A DNA stretch of 64,000 bases from Candidatus Aerophobetes bacterium Ae_b3b (GCA_005223085.1 NJBP01000005.1:2815-66814), one strand, 5' to 3'; counted from the stretch's first letter, positions 9,018-19,100 are shown. A program made the numbers and translations. The notes: generated by a model from the sequence alone, not told the origin.

Positions 9018-10562
9018 GTGTATCGAAAACAGATAGCCAGAGCTACAATGGTGGTGGCATTAGTGGTGGTTACCAATAAATTATTAGTTTTTGTACTAGA
9101 GATTCTACTGGCGGCCTGGTTTGGCACTACCTTCATCAAGGATGCTTATCTGGTAGCTCTAGTGATACCAAATCTTATTTTTATAGTTGGAGTTGAGGCA
9201 ATCACTGTCACTTTGGTTCCCTTGTTTATGAGGTTGTTGTCCAGAGAAAACTCCGAGGAGACCTGGTCCATTGTCAGCTCAATAGTCAACATTACCTTAA
9301 TTTCTTTAGGTGGAATCTGTGTAGTCTACGTTCTTTTAGCTCCCTGGATAATTTCTCTGATCGCCCCCGGGTTTAGCCAGCAAAATCTGGTCTTGGCCAC
9401 TAAATTGACCCGTATCATCTCTCCTATCATAATCTGGGGAGGACTCATAGGACTTTTGGTTGGCATACTAAACTCCTTTAAGCGATTTACACTCGCTGCC
9501 TTTAGACTAACTTTCTACAATCTAATAGTCATTGGTTTTGTTTACCTTTTTCATTCTCGATGGGGTATAATTTCATTGGCCCTGGCAGTTACTGGAGCCT
9601 CATTCTTTCAGGTGGTGGTACTTTTATTAGGTCTGTGGGAGAAAAGGAGGAACTATAGACTGAGTATAGATATTAGTCATCCTCCCCTTAAGGGAATGGC
9701 AATGGCAATGACTCTCGTCATATTAGGAGTTACTCTAACCCAGTTGAATTTCCTCATCGAGCGGGCCATGGCCTCGGGATTGGCAGAGGGGAGCATTTCC
9801 TCTCTTGATTTTGCCTATAAGCTAATGAGGATGCCGTTTGAGATCTTCGCCGTAGCCATAGCTACGGTAGTTTTCCCCAATATTACCGGCTTGGTCATTA
9901 CTGAGGATGCTTCTAAACTAAGAGAACTTTTTGCTTCAGCGTTAAGAATGACCGCTTTTATTACTATACCGGCGACGGTTATTCTGATAGCACTCAGGAC
10001 CCCGCTCATTCGAATATTGTTTGAACGAGGAGAATTTAGCGCCGGTTCCACCCGGATGACAGCCACGGCATTGTTCTATTATTCTTTTGGTTTGCTCTTC
10101 CACGGACTGAATTATGTCATTATTCGAACCTACTATGCTTTCAAAGATTACAAGACACCTCTCAAGATGGGTTTAATAGCCATAGGGTTATATATTCTTT
10201 TTAATTTAGTTCTGGTTCGTCGTCTGGCTCATGGGGGACTCGCACTCGGTTGTTCTCTGGCTGCTATGTCTTACACGGTGATGCTGCTGAAGAATATCAA
10301 GATAAAGATGAAGGATTTACAAGCCATTATTTTTTTAAAACCGCTGGCTAAAATAGTAGTTAGTTCAGCTCTTATGGGTGGGGTATTTATTTTTATGAGT
10401 AGAGCGCCCATTTATTCTCCCATCCTGAGATTTGTGCTGATTCTAGGAGCAGGTGGGCTGACCTATTTTACCGTCTGCTTTTTCTTAAAGGTCCAGGAAG
10501 CATCACAGATTCTCAAGACATCAATTGAATTTATAAGGGGAACTAATATCCGAAGTCTGTGA
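9018..10562 (+). CDS. murJ: MurJ/MviN-family lipid II (or lipid-linked glycan) flippase
   Basis: 514-aa, ~14-TM ORF with N-terminal 'FGTTFIKDAYLVALVIPNLIF', matching the MurJ signature FG..DAF.VAF.IPN. GTG start; start position uncertain. Confidence 0.7.
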   Translation: MYRKQIARATMVVALVVVTNKLLVFVLEILLAAWFGTTFIKDAYLVALVIPNLIFIVGVEAITVTLVPLFMRLLSRENSEETWSIVSSIVNITLISLGGICVVYVLLAPWIISLIAPGFSQQNLVLATKLTRIISPIIIWGGLIGLLVGILNSFKRFTLAAFRLTFYNLIVIGFVYLFHSRWGIISLALAVTGASFFQVVVLLLGLWEKRRNYRLSIDISHPPLKGMAMAMTLVILGVTLTQLNFLIERAMASGLAEGSISSLDFAYKLMRMPFEIFAVAIATVVFPNITGLVITEDASKLRELFASALRMTAFITIPATVILIALRTPLIRILFERGEFSAGSTRMTATALFYYSFGLLFHGLNYVIIRTYYAFKDYKTPLKMGLIAIGLYILFNLVLVRRLAHGGLALGCSLAAMSYTVMLLKNIKIKMKDLQAIIFLKPLAKIVVSSALMGGVFIFMSRAPIYSPILRFVLILGAGGLTYFTVCFFLKVQEASQILKTSIEFIRGTNIRSL

Positions 10563-10670
10563 GATGAATCAAAGCAATTGTTAGATACATTTTCCCAAAT
10601 TCCCATTGCAGTAAGGAATTTTCTCCCTGAATATCTTGAAGAAATATAAGAAGAATTAAGAAAGACTCTC

Positions 10671-12116
10671 ATGAATGAGGCCATAATCAAAAAGTTAGGT
10701 TTGTCTTTATATAAGGATAAGCGATTGCTGATACTGGCGGTAATAGTTTTCTGCCTTACTCTTAGCATTCTTTACTCCCTGGAAATTTTATCACTAGAAT
10801 TGGTGTTTGCCATGTCAATTCTACCTTTTCTTCCGTGCTTGTTTCTCCTTCGTCAAGAGGCGCTACTCCTTGCATTAGTGGCTACTTATTTTGGTGCCAC
10901 ATATTTTTCTAGCAGTCTAGTAATAGAAGGTTTGATAAGAGGGCTATTTTTATTGTTCATAGGACTAGTATTATTACTAAAGTCAGGAGCAAAAAAAGTT
11001 ATCACCCGAATTTCAACCCCTCTGGATAAGATAATTGTTATCTGGTTCATTATTATTTTGTTTTCCTTCATCTATGGTTTCTTTTTCAAACATAATAATG
11101 GCAGGTATCTCATGGGGGATCTATATAAATTTGTGGAAATATTCTTGGTATTCTGGCTGACCACTTTAATCGTTAAAAATGATAGACAGACCAGGTTCCT
11201 CATCTGGGGGTTTTTGATGCTTGCCCTTATGTTCGGAGCTGTTGATTCGATAATTTTTTTAAAGAGATGGTCTCTAGTGGGTAGCGCTCTCCTGGCAAGA
11301 GTGAGGGCGGCAGCTCAATTCTCTTCAATTTTCGCCTTGATATTAGGGATCTGTTTAATTTTGCATGAAAGAAGAATAATAGTTAGAGCTGTTTTAATGT
11401 TTTTGAGCTTTGGTCTTCTAGTTAGCTTTCTTTTGACTTTCCTTAGAACAGGCTATATCGTTCTTCCTGCCACTGTTTCCTTTGTTATCTTTTTGTATCT
11501 ATATAAAAACAGGAGATATCCTTGGGCAGGCATTATGAAGTTCATCATTTTTGGAGTGTTTTTATTGATATTCGTGGGTTTGTTTAATCTGATTGTCGCC
11601 AGTATTTATCCCGGCATGGACATAATCAAAAGTACCTCAGCTCGTTTTGGTTCCCTTGTTGATCCTGTAGGAGCTGATCCCATGGGGGTTAGAATGCTGG
11701 AAATTAATTCTATAATCTCTGGAGTGATAGCTCTCAGTCCTTTCCTCGGAAATGGATTGGGGGGAGAATATTATAGTGCTACTTTGGTCGATGGAGAGCT
11801 ACAATGGGGTATGAAACATTTTGTCCACAACAATTATTTTGACTTTCTGGTAAGAACAGGGATGCTTGGACTGATTGTATTTTTAGTTTTTGTCTTTATC
11901 TATTTAAGAAATTCCATAAAGTTCTACCTGAGATCAAGTAGTGGTTTTCACCAGGGAGTGTTATTAGGTACTATAGGAATTTTTGTTTCTTCTTGTCTGA
12001 TCGCTTTGTCTACCAGTCCCATTTATTCTCCCTTCCTGTTTATGATGGTGGCCTTAACTTACTGTGTGACACACTTAGAAGAGAAAAGGACTCCAGGGGA
12101 GCCGAAGGTTGAATGA
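10671..12116 (+). CDS. O-antigen ligase/polymerase-like (Wzy_C domain) membrane protein
   Basis: 481-aa polytopic ORF with a periplasmic loop 'GNGLGGEYY...HFVHNNYFDFLVRTGMLGL' typical of the Wzy_C/O-antigen ligase family. Very AT-rich. Confidence 0.6.
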   Translation: MNEAIIKKLGLSLYKDKRLLILAVIVFCLTLSILYSLEILSLELVFAMSILPFLPCLFLLRQEALLLALVATYFGATYFSSSLVIEGLIRGLFLLFIGLVLLLKSGAKKVITRISTPLDKIIVIWFIIILFSFIYGFFFKHNNGRYLMGDLYKFVEIFLVFWLTTLIVKNDRQTRFLIWGFLMLALMFGAVDSIIFLKRWSLVGSALLARVRAAAQFSSIFALILGICLILHERRIIVRAVLMFLSFGLLVSFLLTFLRTGYIVLPATVSFVIFLYLYKNRRYPWAGIMKFIIFGVFLLIFVGLFNLIVASIYPGMDIIKSTSARFGSLVDPVGADPMGVRMLEINSIISGVIALSPFLGNGLGGEYYSATLVDGELQWGMKHFVHNNYFDFLVRTGMLGLIVFLVFVFIYLRNSIKFYLRSSSGFHQGVLLGTIGIFVSSCLIALSTSPIYSPFLFMMVALTYCVTHLEEKRTPGEPKVE

Positions 12117-13086
12117 GATAGATCTTGCGGTAGTTATGGTAAGTTATAATACGAAGGAGTTGCTCAAGAGGAGTCTGAAATCAATTTATCAGAATGTTAA
12201 AGGAATTAGTTTTGAGATTATAGTGGTGGATAATGGCTCCAGCGATAATAGTGTGAAGATGATTAGAAATAAGTTTCCTCAAGTCAGGTTAATTGAAAAC
12301 CGAGAAAATCTCGGATTTGCCAGGGCTAATAACCAGGCAATTGAGCAAAGTAGAGCCAGGTATTTTCTTTTGTTTAATCCTGATAGTAGCTTCAAGGCCA
12401 GTTCACCTCATAAAATGATTAAATTTATGGATAATCATCCTGAAATAGGTATCCTTGGATGCAGGATCTTGAACACTGATGGAACGATTCAACCATCCAA
12501 TAGTAGTTTTCCTAATCTGTTTACTGAATTTTTGCGAGCCTTTCAGTTAAAGAAGTTAATTTCCGGGGTAAGATTAAGGGAAAAAATTGGAGAAAAATGG
12601 AGCGGGATATTAGGCTCGACGTTGAGAGAATACTTTCGAGTTTACTGGGATTCCGAAAGAATCAGAGAGGTTGATTGGGTAACCGGTGCCTGTTTACTGG
12701 TCAGAAGAAAGGCTATAGAGGAGGTGGGGCTGCTGGATGAGAATTTCTTTATGTACTATGAAGATGCTGATTGGTGCTACCGAATGAGAGAAAAAGATTG
12801 GAAGACCCATTATTTTCCTTTCTTTGAGGTGGTTCATTATGTTGGCAAAAGCAATAGTAGATTTAGTCCCAGGACTTTCATTGAACGACACAAAAGTATG
12901 TATCATTATTTCAGGAAACATAAGGGTAAGAAAGCAGTTTTTTTGCTGAGACTCTTTATCTTTGGTGGTTTAGCTCTGAGGTGGGTAGGATTATTGGTGA
13001 TTTATCCATTTACTAAGAAAAAACAAGCGGAATTAAGAAACAGGCTTTACGCTTATTTAAAGGTCATTGAGGTAAAAGGCTTCTAA
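12109..13086 (+). CDS. GT2 family glycosyltransferase
   Basis: 'VVMVSYNTKELL' and 'IIVVDNGSSDNS' plus the 'DED/YYEDADW' region. TTG start overlaps the previous stop by 8 nt. Confidence 0.75.
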   Translation: MNEIDLAVVMVSYNTKELLKRSLKSIYQNVKGISFEIIVVDNGSSDNSVKMIRNKFPQVRLIENRENLGFARANNQAIEQSRARYFLLFNPDSSFKASSPHKMIKFMDNHPEIGILGCRILNTDGTIQPSNSSFPNLFTEFLRAFQLKKLISGVRLREKIGEKWSGILGSTLREYFRVYWDSERIREVDWVTGACLLVRRKAIEEVGLLDENFFMYYEDADWCYRMREKDWKTHYFPFFEVVHYVGKSNSRFSPRTFIERHKSMYHYFRKHKGKKAVFLLRLFIFGGLALRWVGLLVIYPFTKKKQAELRNRLYAYLKVIEVKGF

Positions 13087-13102
13087 AGTTTTAAAAAAAA
13101 AT

Positions 13103-13813
13103 ATGAAGGCTGTGATATTGGTCGGAGGTTTAGGCAAGCGGTTAAGAAAGGTAGTAAGGGATAAACCTAAATCGATGGCTCCTGTGCTGGGAAAACCTTT
13201 CCTGCAGTATCAGATTGAACAGTTGAAAAAATATAATATAATCGAGATAGTGCTCTGCGTTGGCTATTTGGCAAATCAGATTAAGAATTATTTCAAGGAT
13301 GGAGCAAAATTTGGTGTGAATATTAGATATGCAGAGGAAGAGAGACCTCTGGGAACGGCCGGGGCTCTTAAAAATTCTCGAGATTATCTAGAGGATGAGG
13401 CATTTCTGGCTTTGAATGGTGACTCTTATTCAGAGGTTGACTTTCTTAAATTCATTCAATTTCATAGAGAAAAAAAGGGGATGGGAGCGATTCTTTTAAC
13501 CAGAGTTTCTCGCCCGGAAGATTATGGGTTGGTGAAGATGGATGAGGATAACCGGATCACCGGGTTCTTTGAAAAGCCTGGAAAGACCCCCTCCAGCAGC
13601 ATAATTAATGCTGGAGTTTATTTTCTGGAACCCCGGGTTTTGAACTATATCCCTGAGGGAAGGCAAATCTCTTTAGAAAGAGAAATCTTTCCCCATCTTT
13701 TGGAAAAGAAGGTACCTTTATTTGGCTATCTAACTTCTGATTACTTTATTGATATTGGATCACCCCAAAAATATGCTCAAATTCAAAAGGACATGAAGGA
13801 AATGATAAGATGA
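13103..13813 (+). CDS. hddC: D-glycero-alpha-D-manno-heptose 1-phosphate guanylyltransferase-like nucleotidyltransferase
   Basis: 'MKAVILVGGLGKRLR' NTP-transferase P-loop in a 236-aa ORF. Immediately followed by hddA and gmhA. Confidence 0.7.
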   Translation: MKAVILVGGLGKRLRKVVRDKPKSMAPVLGKPFLQYQIEQLKKYNIIEIVLCVGYLANQIKNYFKDGAKFGVNIRYAEEERPLGTAGALKNSRDYLEDEAFLALNGDSYSEVDFLKFIQFHREKKGMGAILLTRVSRPEDYGLVKMDEDNRITGFFEKPGKTPSSSIINAGVYFLEPRVLNYIPEGRQISLEREIFPHLLEKKVPLFGYLTSDYFIDIGSPQKYAQIQKDMKEMIR

Positions 13814-14823
13814 TGGTGAGAAGTAAAGCACCCTTAAGAATTAGTTTTGCTGGGGGAGGAACCGACGTTCCGCCATATCCTCAGGAGCGAGGGGGGATGG
13901 TACTTAGCGCTACCATAAACAAATATGTCTATTCTTCCCTGATTCCTCTTAAAGGTAAAAATCGGGTAGAGGTTAATTCTCTGGATTACAATATGACAGT
14001 AAAGTATGAAAATGAAGAGGATTTAAAATACAACGGACAGTTGGATCTGGTAAAATCGGTACTCAAGAAAATGAAAGTTATGGGGAAAGGAATTAGGATT
14101 TATCTTCACAGTGATGCTCCGCCTGGGTCAGGATTGGGTGCTTCATCCACCATGGTCGTCTGTTTAATTGGCCTTTTCAAGCACTGGCTGAATAAACCCT
14201 TAACTAACTATGATATTGCTGATTTGGCCTATGAGATTGAAAGAGTCGATTTAGGAATAAAAGGAGGGCTGCAGGACCAATATGCAGCAACATTTGGGGG
14301 ATTTAATTTTATCGAGTTCCTCAAGGATGCTATTATTGTCAATCCTTTAAAAATCCCTCCGGATACCGTTAATGAACTCAATTATAATTTGCTCCTTTGT
14401 TACACTGGTAGAAGAAGGCTATCCGCCCACATTATTGAAGAGCAGGTCGAAAGATTTGTAAAAAAGAAAAAAGGGGTAGTCAAAGCCATGGATGAGCTAA
14501 AGAAAGTTACTATTGAAATGAAAAATGCTCTTCTTCAGGTAAGACTGGATGACTTTGGGAAGCTTCTGCGCTGTGCCTGGGAAAATAAGAAGAAGATGGC
14601 CAGCAAGATCACGGCACCTTTTATAGATGAGATGTATGAGACTGCCCTCAAGAGAGGAGCCCTGGGTGGTAAGATCTTAGGAGCCGGTGGGGGAGGTTAC
14701 CTTTTACTCTATGTCCCTTTTAACAAAAAACAGGCAGTTGCTGAGGGTCTGGAACTACTGGGAGGCCGAATGGTTGACTTCAATTTTGAGTTTGAGGGAC
14801 TTCGAACCTGGGAGGTTAAATAA
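13810..14823 (+). CDS. hddA: GHMP kinase, D-glycero-alpha-D-manno-heptose 7-phosphate kinase-like
   Basis: 'SKAPLRISFAGGGTDVPPY' and the GHMP motif 'PPGSGLGASS'. ATGA overlap with hddC. Confidence 0.75.
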   Translation: MMVRSKAPLRISFAGGGTDVPPYPQERGGMVLSATINKYVYSSLIPLKGKNRVEVNSLDYNMTVKYENEEDLKYNGQLDLVKSVLKKMKVMGKGIRIYLHSDAPPGSGLGASSTMVVCLIGLFKHWLNKPLTNYDIADLAYEIERVDLGIKGGLQDQYAATFGGFNFIEFLKDAIIVNPLKIPPDTVNELNYNLLLCYTGRRRLSAHIIEEQVERFVKKKKGVVKAMDELKKVTIEMKNALLQVRLDDFGKLLRCAWENKKKMASKITAPFIDEMYETALKRGALGGKILGAGGGGYLLLYVPFNKKQAVAEGLELLGGRMVDFNFEFEGLRTWEVK

Positions 14824-14843
14824 GCTCGGAAGGAGAGCGAGAA

Positions 14844-15434
14844 GTGGATAAAATCATCAAACAAATCTTAAGCGAGAGTATCAAAGTCAAAAACAAAATA
14901 CTTGATGATCCATCTTTGCTGGATCAAATCGGGAAGATATCCTCAGTAATTATAGAGGCTTACAAAAGGAAGAATAAAGTGATTTTGTTTGGGAACGGAG
15001 GTAGTGCTGCCGATGCTCAGCATGTAGCAGGAGAACTGGTGAATAAGTTCCAATTGGAACGAGAGGCTCTACCGGCAATTGCCCTTACTACAGATAGCTC
15101 GGTATTAACTTCCATCGCCAATGACTATGATTACTCCAGAATTTTCGCCCGTCAAGTAGAGGCTTGGGCTAAAGAAGGTGACGTGGTGATCGGCATAAGT
15201 ACCAGTGGAAATTCGGCCAATGTAATGGAGGCAGTAAAGGTAGCCAAAGAAAAAGGGGCAAAAACAATAGGTTTTACGGGAAGAAGTGGAGGAAAACTGG
15301 CTAAACTAGTGGATCTTGCGGTAAGAGTGCCTTCTGATGAGACCCCGAGAATTCAGGAAAGTCATATTACCATTTTGCATATCATTTGTTATCTGGTAGA
15401 AAGAGGACTGTTTGGTTCTCAGTCTAGGGCTTAA
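14844..15434 (+). CDS. gmhA: phosphoheptose (sedoheptulose-7-P) isomerase, SIS domain
   Basis: 'GNGGSAADAQHVAGELVNKF', 'ALTTDSSVLTSIANDYDY' and 'GISTSGNS'. GTG start. Confidence 0.85.
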   Translation: MDKIIKQILSESIKVKNKILDDPSLLDQIGKISSVIIEAYKRKNKVILFGNGGSAADAQHVAGELVNKFQLEREALPAIALTTDSSVLTSIANDYDYSRIFARQVEAWAKEGDVVIGISTSGNSANVMEAVKVAKEKGAKTIGFTGRSGGKLAKLVDLAVRVPSDETPRIQESHITILHIICYLVERGLFGSQSRA

Positions 15435-15435
15435 T

Positions 15436-16611
15436 ATGAAGAAAATTTTAATTTTATGCTCCCGGATTCCCTATCCCTTGATTGGGGGAGATAGAATAAG
15501 AATTTACAACACTGGCAAAGTCCTTTCCAGCCAATATAAGGTTGATTTGGCCTGTATAAGCGAGGGAGAAGTGAGAAAGGAGTATGTTGAGGAGCTAAAA
15601 GAGATATTCCATAAAGTCATTCTCTTTTCATATCCTCGCTCAAAATTCAGATGGAATACTTTTAAAGGAATTTTTTCCAACGAGCCCTTGCAAGCTCATT
15701 ATTATTACTTTCCTGAGGTTCAAAACTGGATAGATAAAAACTTTGGAAGTTATGACTTGATATTTGCCCATCACATTCGTACAGCAAAATACATAGAGCA
15801 TATTGATCGTCCCAAAGTAGTCGATTTACATGATGCCATCTCAATGAATTACCTCAAAGCGGTAAAGAAGGTGAATGGTTTGTGGAAGCTTATTTATGGG
15901 ATTGAAAATAGGAGAGTTTTGCCCTATGAAATAAAGACCATTAACTGCTTTAATAGATCGTTCATTGTATCAGATGTGGACAGAAATTACTTCATTGAGC
16001 ACGGAGCCGATCAAGAAAAGATTATCACTATACCGGTAGCGGTGAAGGATGAAGTGATTAATAGATCCCCCCAGGTAAAAGAAAAAAACCAGATTGTCTT
16101 TTTAGCAAAAATGGATACTCTCGCTAATAGGGATGCCGCTATTTATTTTGCCAAAAAGGTATTGCCGTTGTTAAAGAAGGAAAACAAAAAGATAAGTTTT
16201 TTCATCGTAGGGGCTAGACCTCCTGAGGAGGTTCTTAATTTGGGGAAAATAGAAGGGATTAAAGTGACCGGGTTTGTAAAGGATCCTTATGAATATCTTG
16301 AGGCATCGAAGGTAGTTGTAGCACCCATACGATTTGGTGCCGGGATACAAAACAAGGTCCTGGAGGCTATGGCATTAAGAAAACCGGTAGTGACCAGCTC
16401 CCTGGGAGCACAAGGAATTAAGGGAAAAGATGGCGAACATTTCTTAGTTGCCGACAGGGCGGAGGAGATGACCGAGAAGATATTAAGTCTATTAGAAGAT
16501 AGGGAGAAGAGAAAATCTATGGGAAAGAAAGCCAGGGCTTTAATAGAAAAAGAGTATACCTGGGACACTATCGGAGAAAAATTTTTAACGGAAATTGAAC
16601 AGATTATTTAA
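15436..16611 (+). CDS. GT4 (GT-B fold) glycosyltransferase
   Basis: C-terminal 'RFGAGIQNKVLEAMALRKPVV' EX7E-type motif. ATG at 15436 ('MKKILILCS') is preferred to the ORF-track start at 15412, which overlaps gmhA. Confidence 0.75.
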   Translation: MKKILILCSRIPYPLIGGDRIRIYNTGKVLSSQYKVDLACISEGEVRKEYVEELKEIFHKVILFSYPRSKFRWNTFKGIFSNEPLQAHYYYFPEVQNWIDKNFGSYDLIFAHHIRTAKYIEHIDRPKVVDLHDAISMNYLKAVKKVNGLWKLIYGIENRRVLPYEIKTINCFNRSFIVSDVDRNYFIEHGADQEKIITIPVAVKDEVINRSPQVKEKNQIVFLAKMDTLANRDAAIYFAKKVLPLLKKENKKISFFIVGARPPEEVLNLGKIEGIKVTGFVKDPYEYLEASKVVVAPIRFGAGIQNKVLEAMALRKPVVTSSLGAQGIKGKDGEHFLVADRAEEMTEKILSLLEDREKRKSMGKKARALIEKEYTWDTIGEKFLTEIEQII

Positions 16612-16677
16612 AAGTCACTCGTGATTTATAAGTAAATCCCAACTTAGTAAGCTAATTGGGAAGAGAGTGATTGCATT

Positions 16678-16706
16678 TTGACTTTTTTAGCAAAGGTTGC
16701 TATATT
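16678..16706 (+). promoter_or_regulatory. sigma70-like promoter (TTGACT-17-TATATT)
   Basis: TTGACT 16678-16683, 17-nt spacer, TATATT 16701-16706, about 37 nt upstream of the WecA/MraY-family start. Confidence 0.4.
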
Positions 16707-16742
16707 GTAACATCGATTATCCTGCTTCGAGCGAGATTGTAA

Positions 16743-17801
16743 ATGTGGCCCAAATTCCTGACAGTGTTTGCTATTGCCCTTATTTCCACTATGTCCTTAA
16801 CTCCTCTAGTGAGAAAGCTTGCCTTAAAATTTGGTATTGTAGATAAATCTAACCCGCGCAAATCACACAAGAGGGTTATCACCTGTCTGGGGGGAGTGGC
16901 TATATATGCTGGTTTTATCATAAGTTTGGTCTGCGCCTCCTTTCTCTTCCTTGGAAATCTTAACTCCTCTTTTCTTCGCAATCTGGTTGGTCTACTTAGC
17001 GGAGCTACCGTTATTTTGATTTTAGGATTAATTGATGATACGTACGGTACCACTGCTCCGGTGAAAGTTGGATTACAGGTAGCGGCGGCTCTGGTGACAT
17101 CCGCTATCTTCGGTATTAAGATAACCTACTTGATTCTTCCTACTTTAGGAAAGATCGATTTTGGAATATTAAGCGTACCTATCACTCTTATCTGGGTGGT
17201 AGGTTTAACCAATGCTCTCAATTGGGCAGATGGTTTGGACGGTTTGGCAGCAGGGATTACCTCCATTGCTTGCGTTTCTCTACTCATAATTGGCTGGCGT
17301 GGAGGAGAATTAGTTAGCGTCGTAATAATAATTGCTCTTCTGGGAGCCACCTTAGGTTTTTTAAAGTATAACTTTTATCCAGCTAAGGTGTTTATGGGAG
17401 ACACGGGAAGTAATTTTTTAGGCTTTGTTCTGGCCAATGTGGCTATCATGGGAAGCCTTAAGTCGGCAGCCGTCCTTTCTTTAATGATTCCGATTCTAAT
17501 TCTGGGTGTTCCCATTTTTGATAGCCTATTTTCGGTGTGGCGAAGATTGCGTTTAAAAAGAAGTCCTATCGAGCCAGATAGAGATCATTTTCATTATCGC
17601 TTGCTTAAGTTAGGACTCACTCATCGACAGGCCGTTTTGGTAATTTATGCCATATGTGGTGTTTTAAGTCTATGTGCTATCTTTCTGCATCGAAGTCCTA
17701 CCCTTACTTCCGTGGCCGGTGTTGTCTTAATTGTGGGTCTGCTGGTGGTGGCCGCCTGGAGACTGAATCTGCTCTCCGTAGCTTTTAAAAACGATAGATA
17801 G
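16743..17801 (+). CDS. polyprenyl-phosphate HexNAc-1-phosphate transferase (MraY/WecA/TagO family)
   Basis: 352-aa, ~10-TM ORF with 'NALNWADGLDGLAAG', 'YPAKVFMGDTGSNFLGF' and 'PIFDSLFSVWRR'. Confidence 0.8.
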   Translation: MWPKFLTVFAIALISTMSLTPLVRKLALKFGIVDKSNPRKSHKRVITCLGGVAIYAGFIISLVCASFLFLGNLNSSFLRNLVGLLSGATVILILGLIDDTYGTTAPVKVGLQVAAALVTSAIFGIKITYLILPTLGKIDFGILSVPITLIWVVGLTNALNWADGLDGLAAGITSIACVSLLIIGWRGGELVSVVIIIALLGATLGFLKYNFYPAKVFMGDTGSNFLGFVLANVAIMGSLKSAAVLSLMIPILILGVPIFDSLFSVWRRLRLKRSPIEPDRDHFHYRLLKLGLTHRQAVLVIYAICGVLSLCAIFLHRSPTLTSVAGVVLIVGLLVVAAWRLNLLSVAFKNDR

Positions 17802-17841
17802 AGTTATCGAGCATAAGATTGGTTTTACGGGATAGACAAGA

Positions 17842-18981
17842 ATGTACGATGTTGTAGTCGTGGGAGGTGGACCCATTGGTGGCTATACGGCGTGCCAACT
17901 TGCCGACCAGGGATTTGAGGTATGTCTCTTTGAGGAAGATGATGAAGTTGGTAAGGATGTTATCTGTACCGGAGTGATAGGGACTGAGGCCTTCAGGCAT
18001 TTTAACCTTCCGCAAACCGCTATAATCCGCGGGATAAAGTCTATTATTTTTTTCTCACCCTCTTTTCTTACCTTTGATTATACTCCATCTGATACTTTTG
18101 CCTACGTGGTGGATAGAGGTATATTCGACAGCAAAATCTTAGAATGGGCCAGGGAAAAGGGAGTAGAGGTTCATTTGGGCAGGCAAGTCCGCCGGATCAA
18201 AATAAATGAGAATTTGGCTGAGGTAGAGATTGGGAATGAGGATTCTTCTCAAACTGTCCAGGCGAGGGTCATAGTGCTGGCCACAGGGATCAAGTACCAG
18301 CTTCATAAAAGCTTGGGACTAAGGGGGCCTCCGGCTTTTCTCCAGGGAGTTCAGGTGGAGACAGAGGTAAAGGATCTTTCCTGTACCGAGATCTATGTGG
18401 GTAGTGAAGTTTCCCCAGGATCTTTTGCCTGGGCCGTGCCTCTTGATCATCAAAGGGCACGCATAGGCCTTTTAACCGGAAAAAGAGGGACTTTTTATCT
18501 TAATAATTTCCTTAAAAGTAGGTTTAAAGGCAGGATTAATGAGCCGAATCCGAAAATTTTACAGAAAAGCATAGCCCATGGTCCAGTCCAGGGAAGTGTC
18601 GGTGATCGTATCTTAGCGGTGGGTGAAGCGGCGGGGCAGGTAAAGACCACTACCGGGGGTGGTATCTACTACGGCCTTTTATGCTCTGAAATAGCTGTCG
18701 AGGTTCTTAAACAATCCCTCCATAAAGGAGATTTGAGCCTCAAGCAGTTGGTTAAATATGAAAATCTATGGAAGTCGAAACTGGGAGGAGAATTCAGAGC
18801 TGGACTCTGGGCCAGAAAAATTATGGGTAAACTCAGCGACCAACAGATAGATATGATCTTTAAGTTTGTTCAAAAAAAGCCAAAGGTAAAAGAGCTTATG
18901 GAAAGGAAGGTTAAGTTCGATTATCACTCAGACCTGATTTCCTTCGGACTAAAACTTCTCAAGGGATTCATTCTGGGTTAA
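17842..18981 (+). CDS. geranylgeranyl reductase-family FAD-dependent oxidoreductase
   Basis: 'MYDVVVVGGGPIGG' dinucleotide fold and 'LAVGEAAGQVKTTTGGGIYYG'. 379 aa. Confidence 0.65.
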   Translation: MYDVVVVGGGPIGGYTACQLADQGFEVCLFEEDDEVGKDVICTGVIGTEAFRHFNLPQTAIIRGIKSIIFFSPSFLTFDYTPSDTFAYVVDRGIFDSKILEWAREKGVEVHLGRQVRRIKINENLAEVEIGNEDSSQTVQARVIVLATGIKYQLHKSLGLRGPPAFLQGVQVETEVKDLSCTEIYVGSEVSPGSFAWAVPLDHQRARIGLLTGKRGTFYLNNFLKSRFKGRINEPNPKILQKSIAHGPVQGSVGDRILAVGEAAGQVKTTTGGGIYYGLLCSEIAVEVLKQSLHKGDLSLKQLVKYENLWKSKLGGEFRAGLWARKIMGKLSDQQIDMIFKFVQKKPKVKELMERKVKFDYHSDLISFGLKLLKGFILG

Positions 18982-19100
18982 GGAAAGGCGAGGGAGCAAA
19001 TTATTTGATATTAATACCAGTTTTTTGAAAATTCTGCCTCGCTAAGAACTCTCTCACCAGAAGCTTTTTGAGATTCTCGAGGAACTCCCAGGTATAGATA

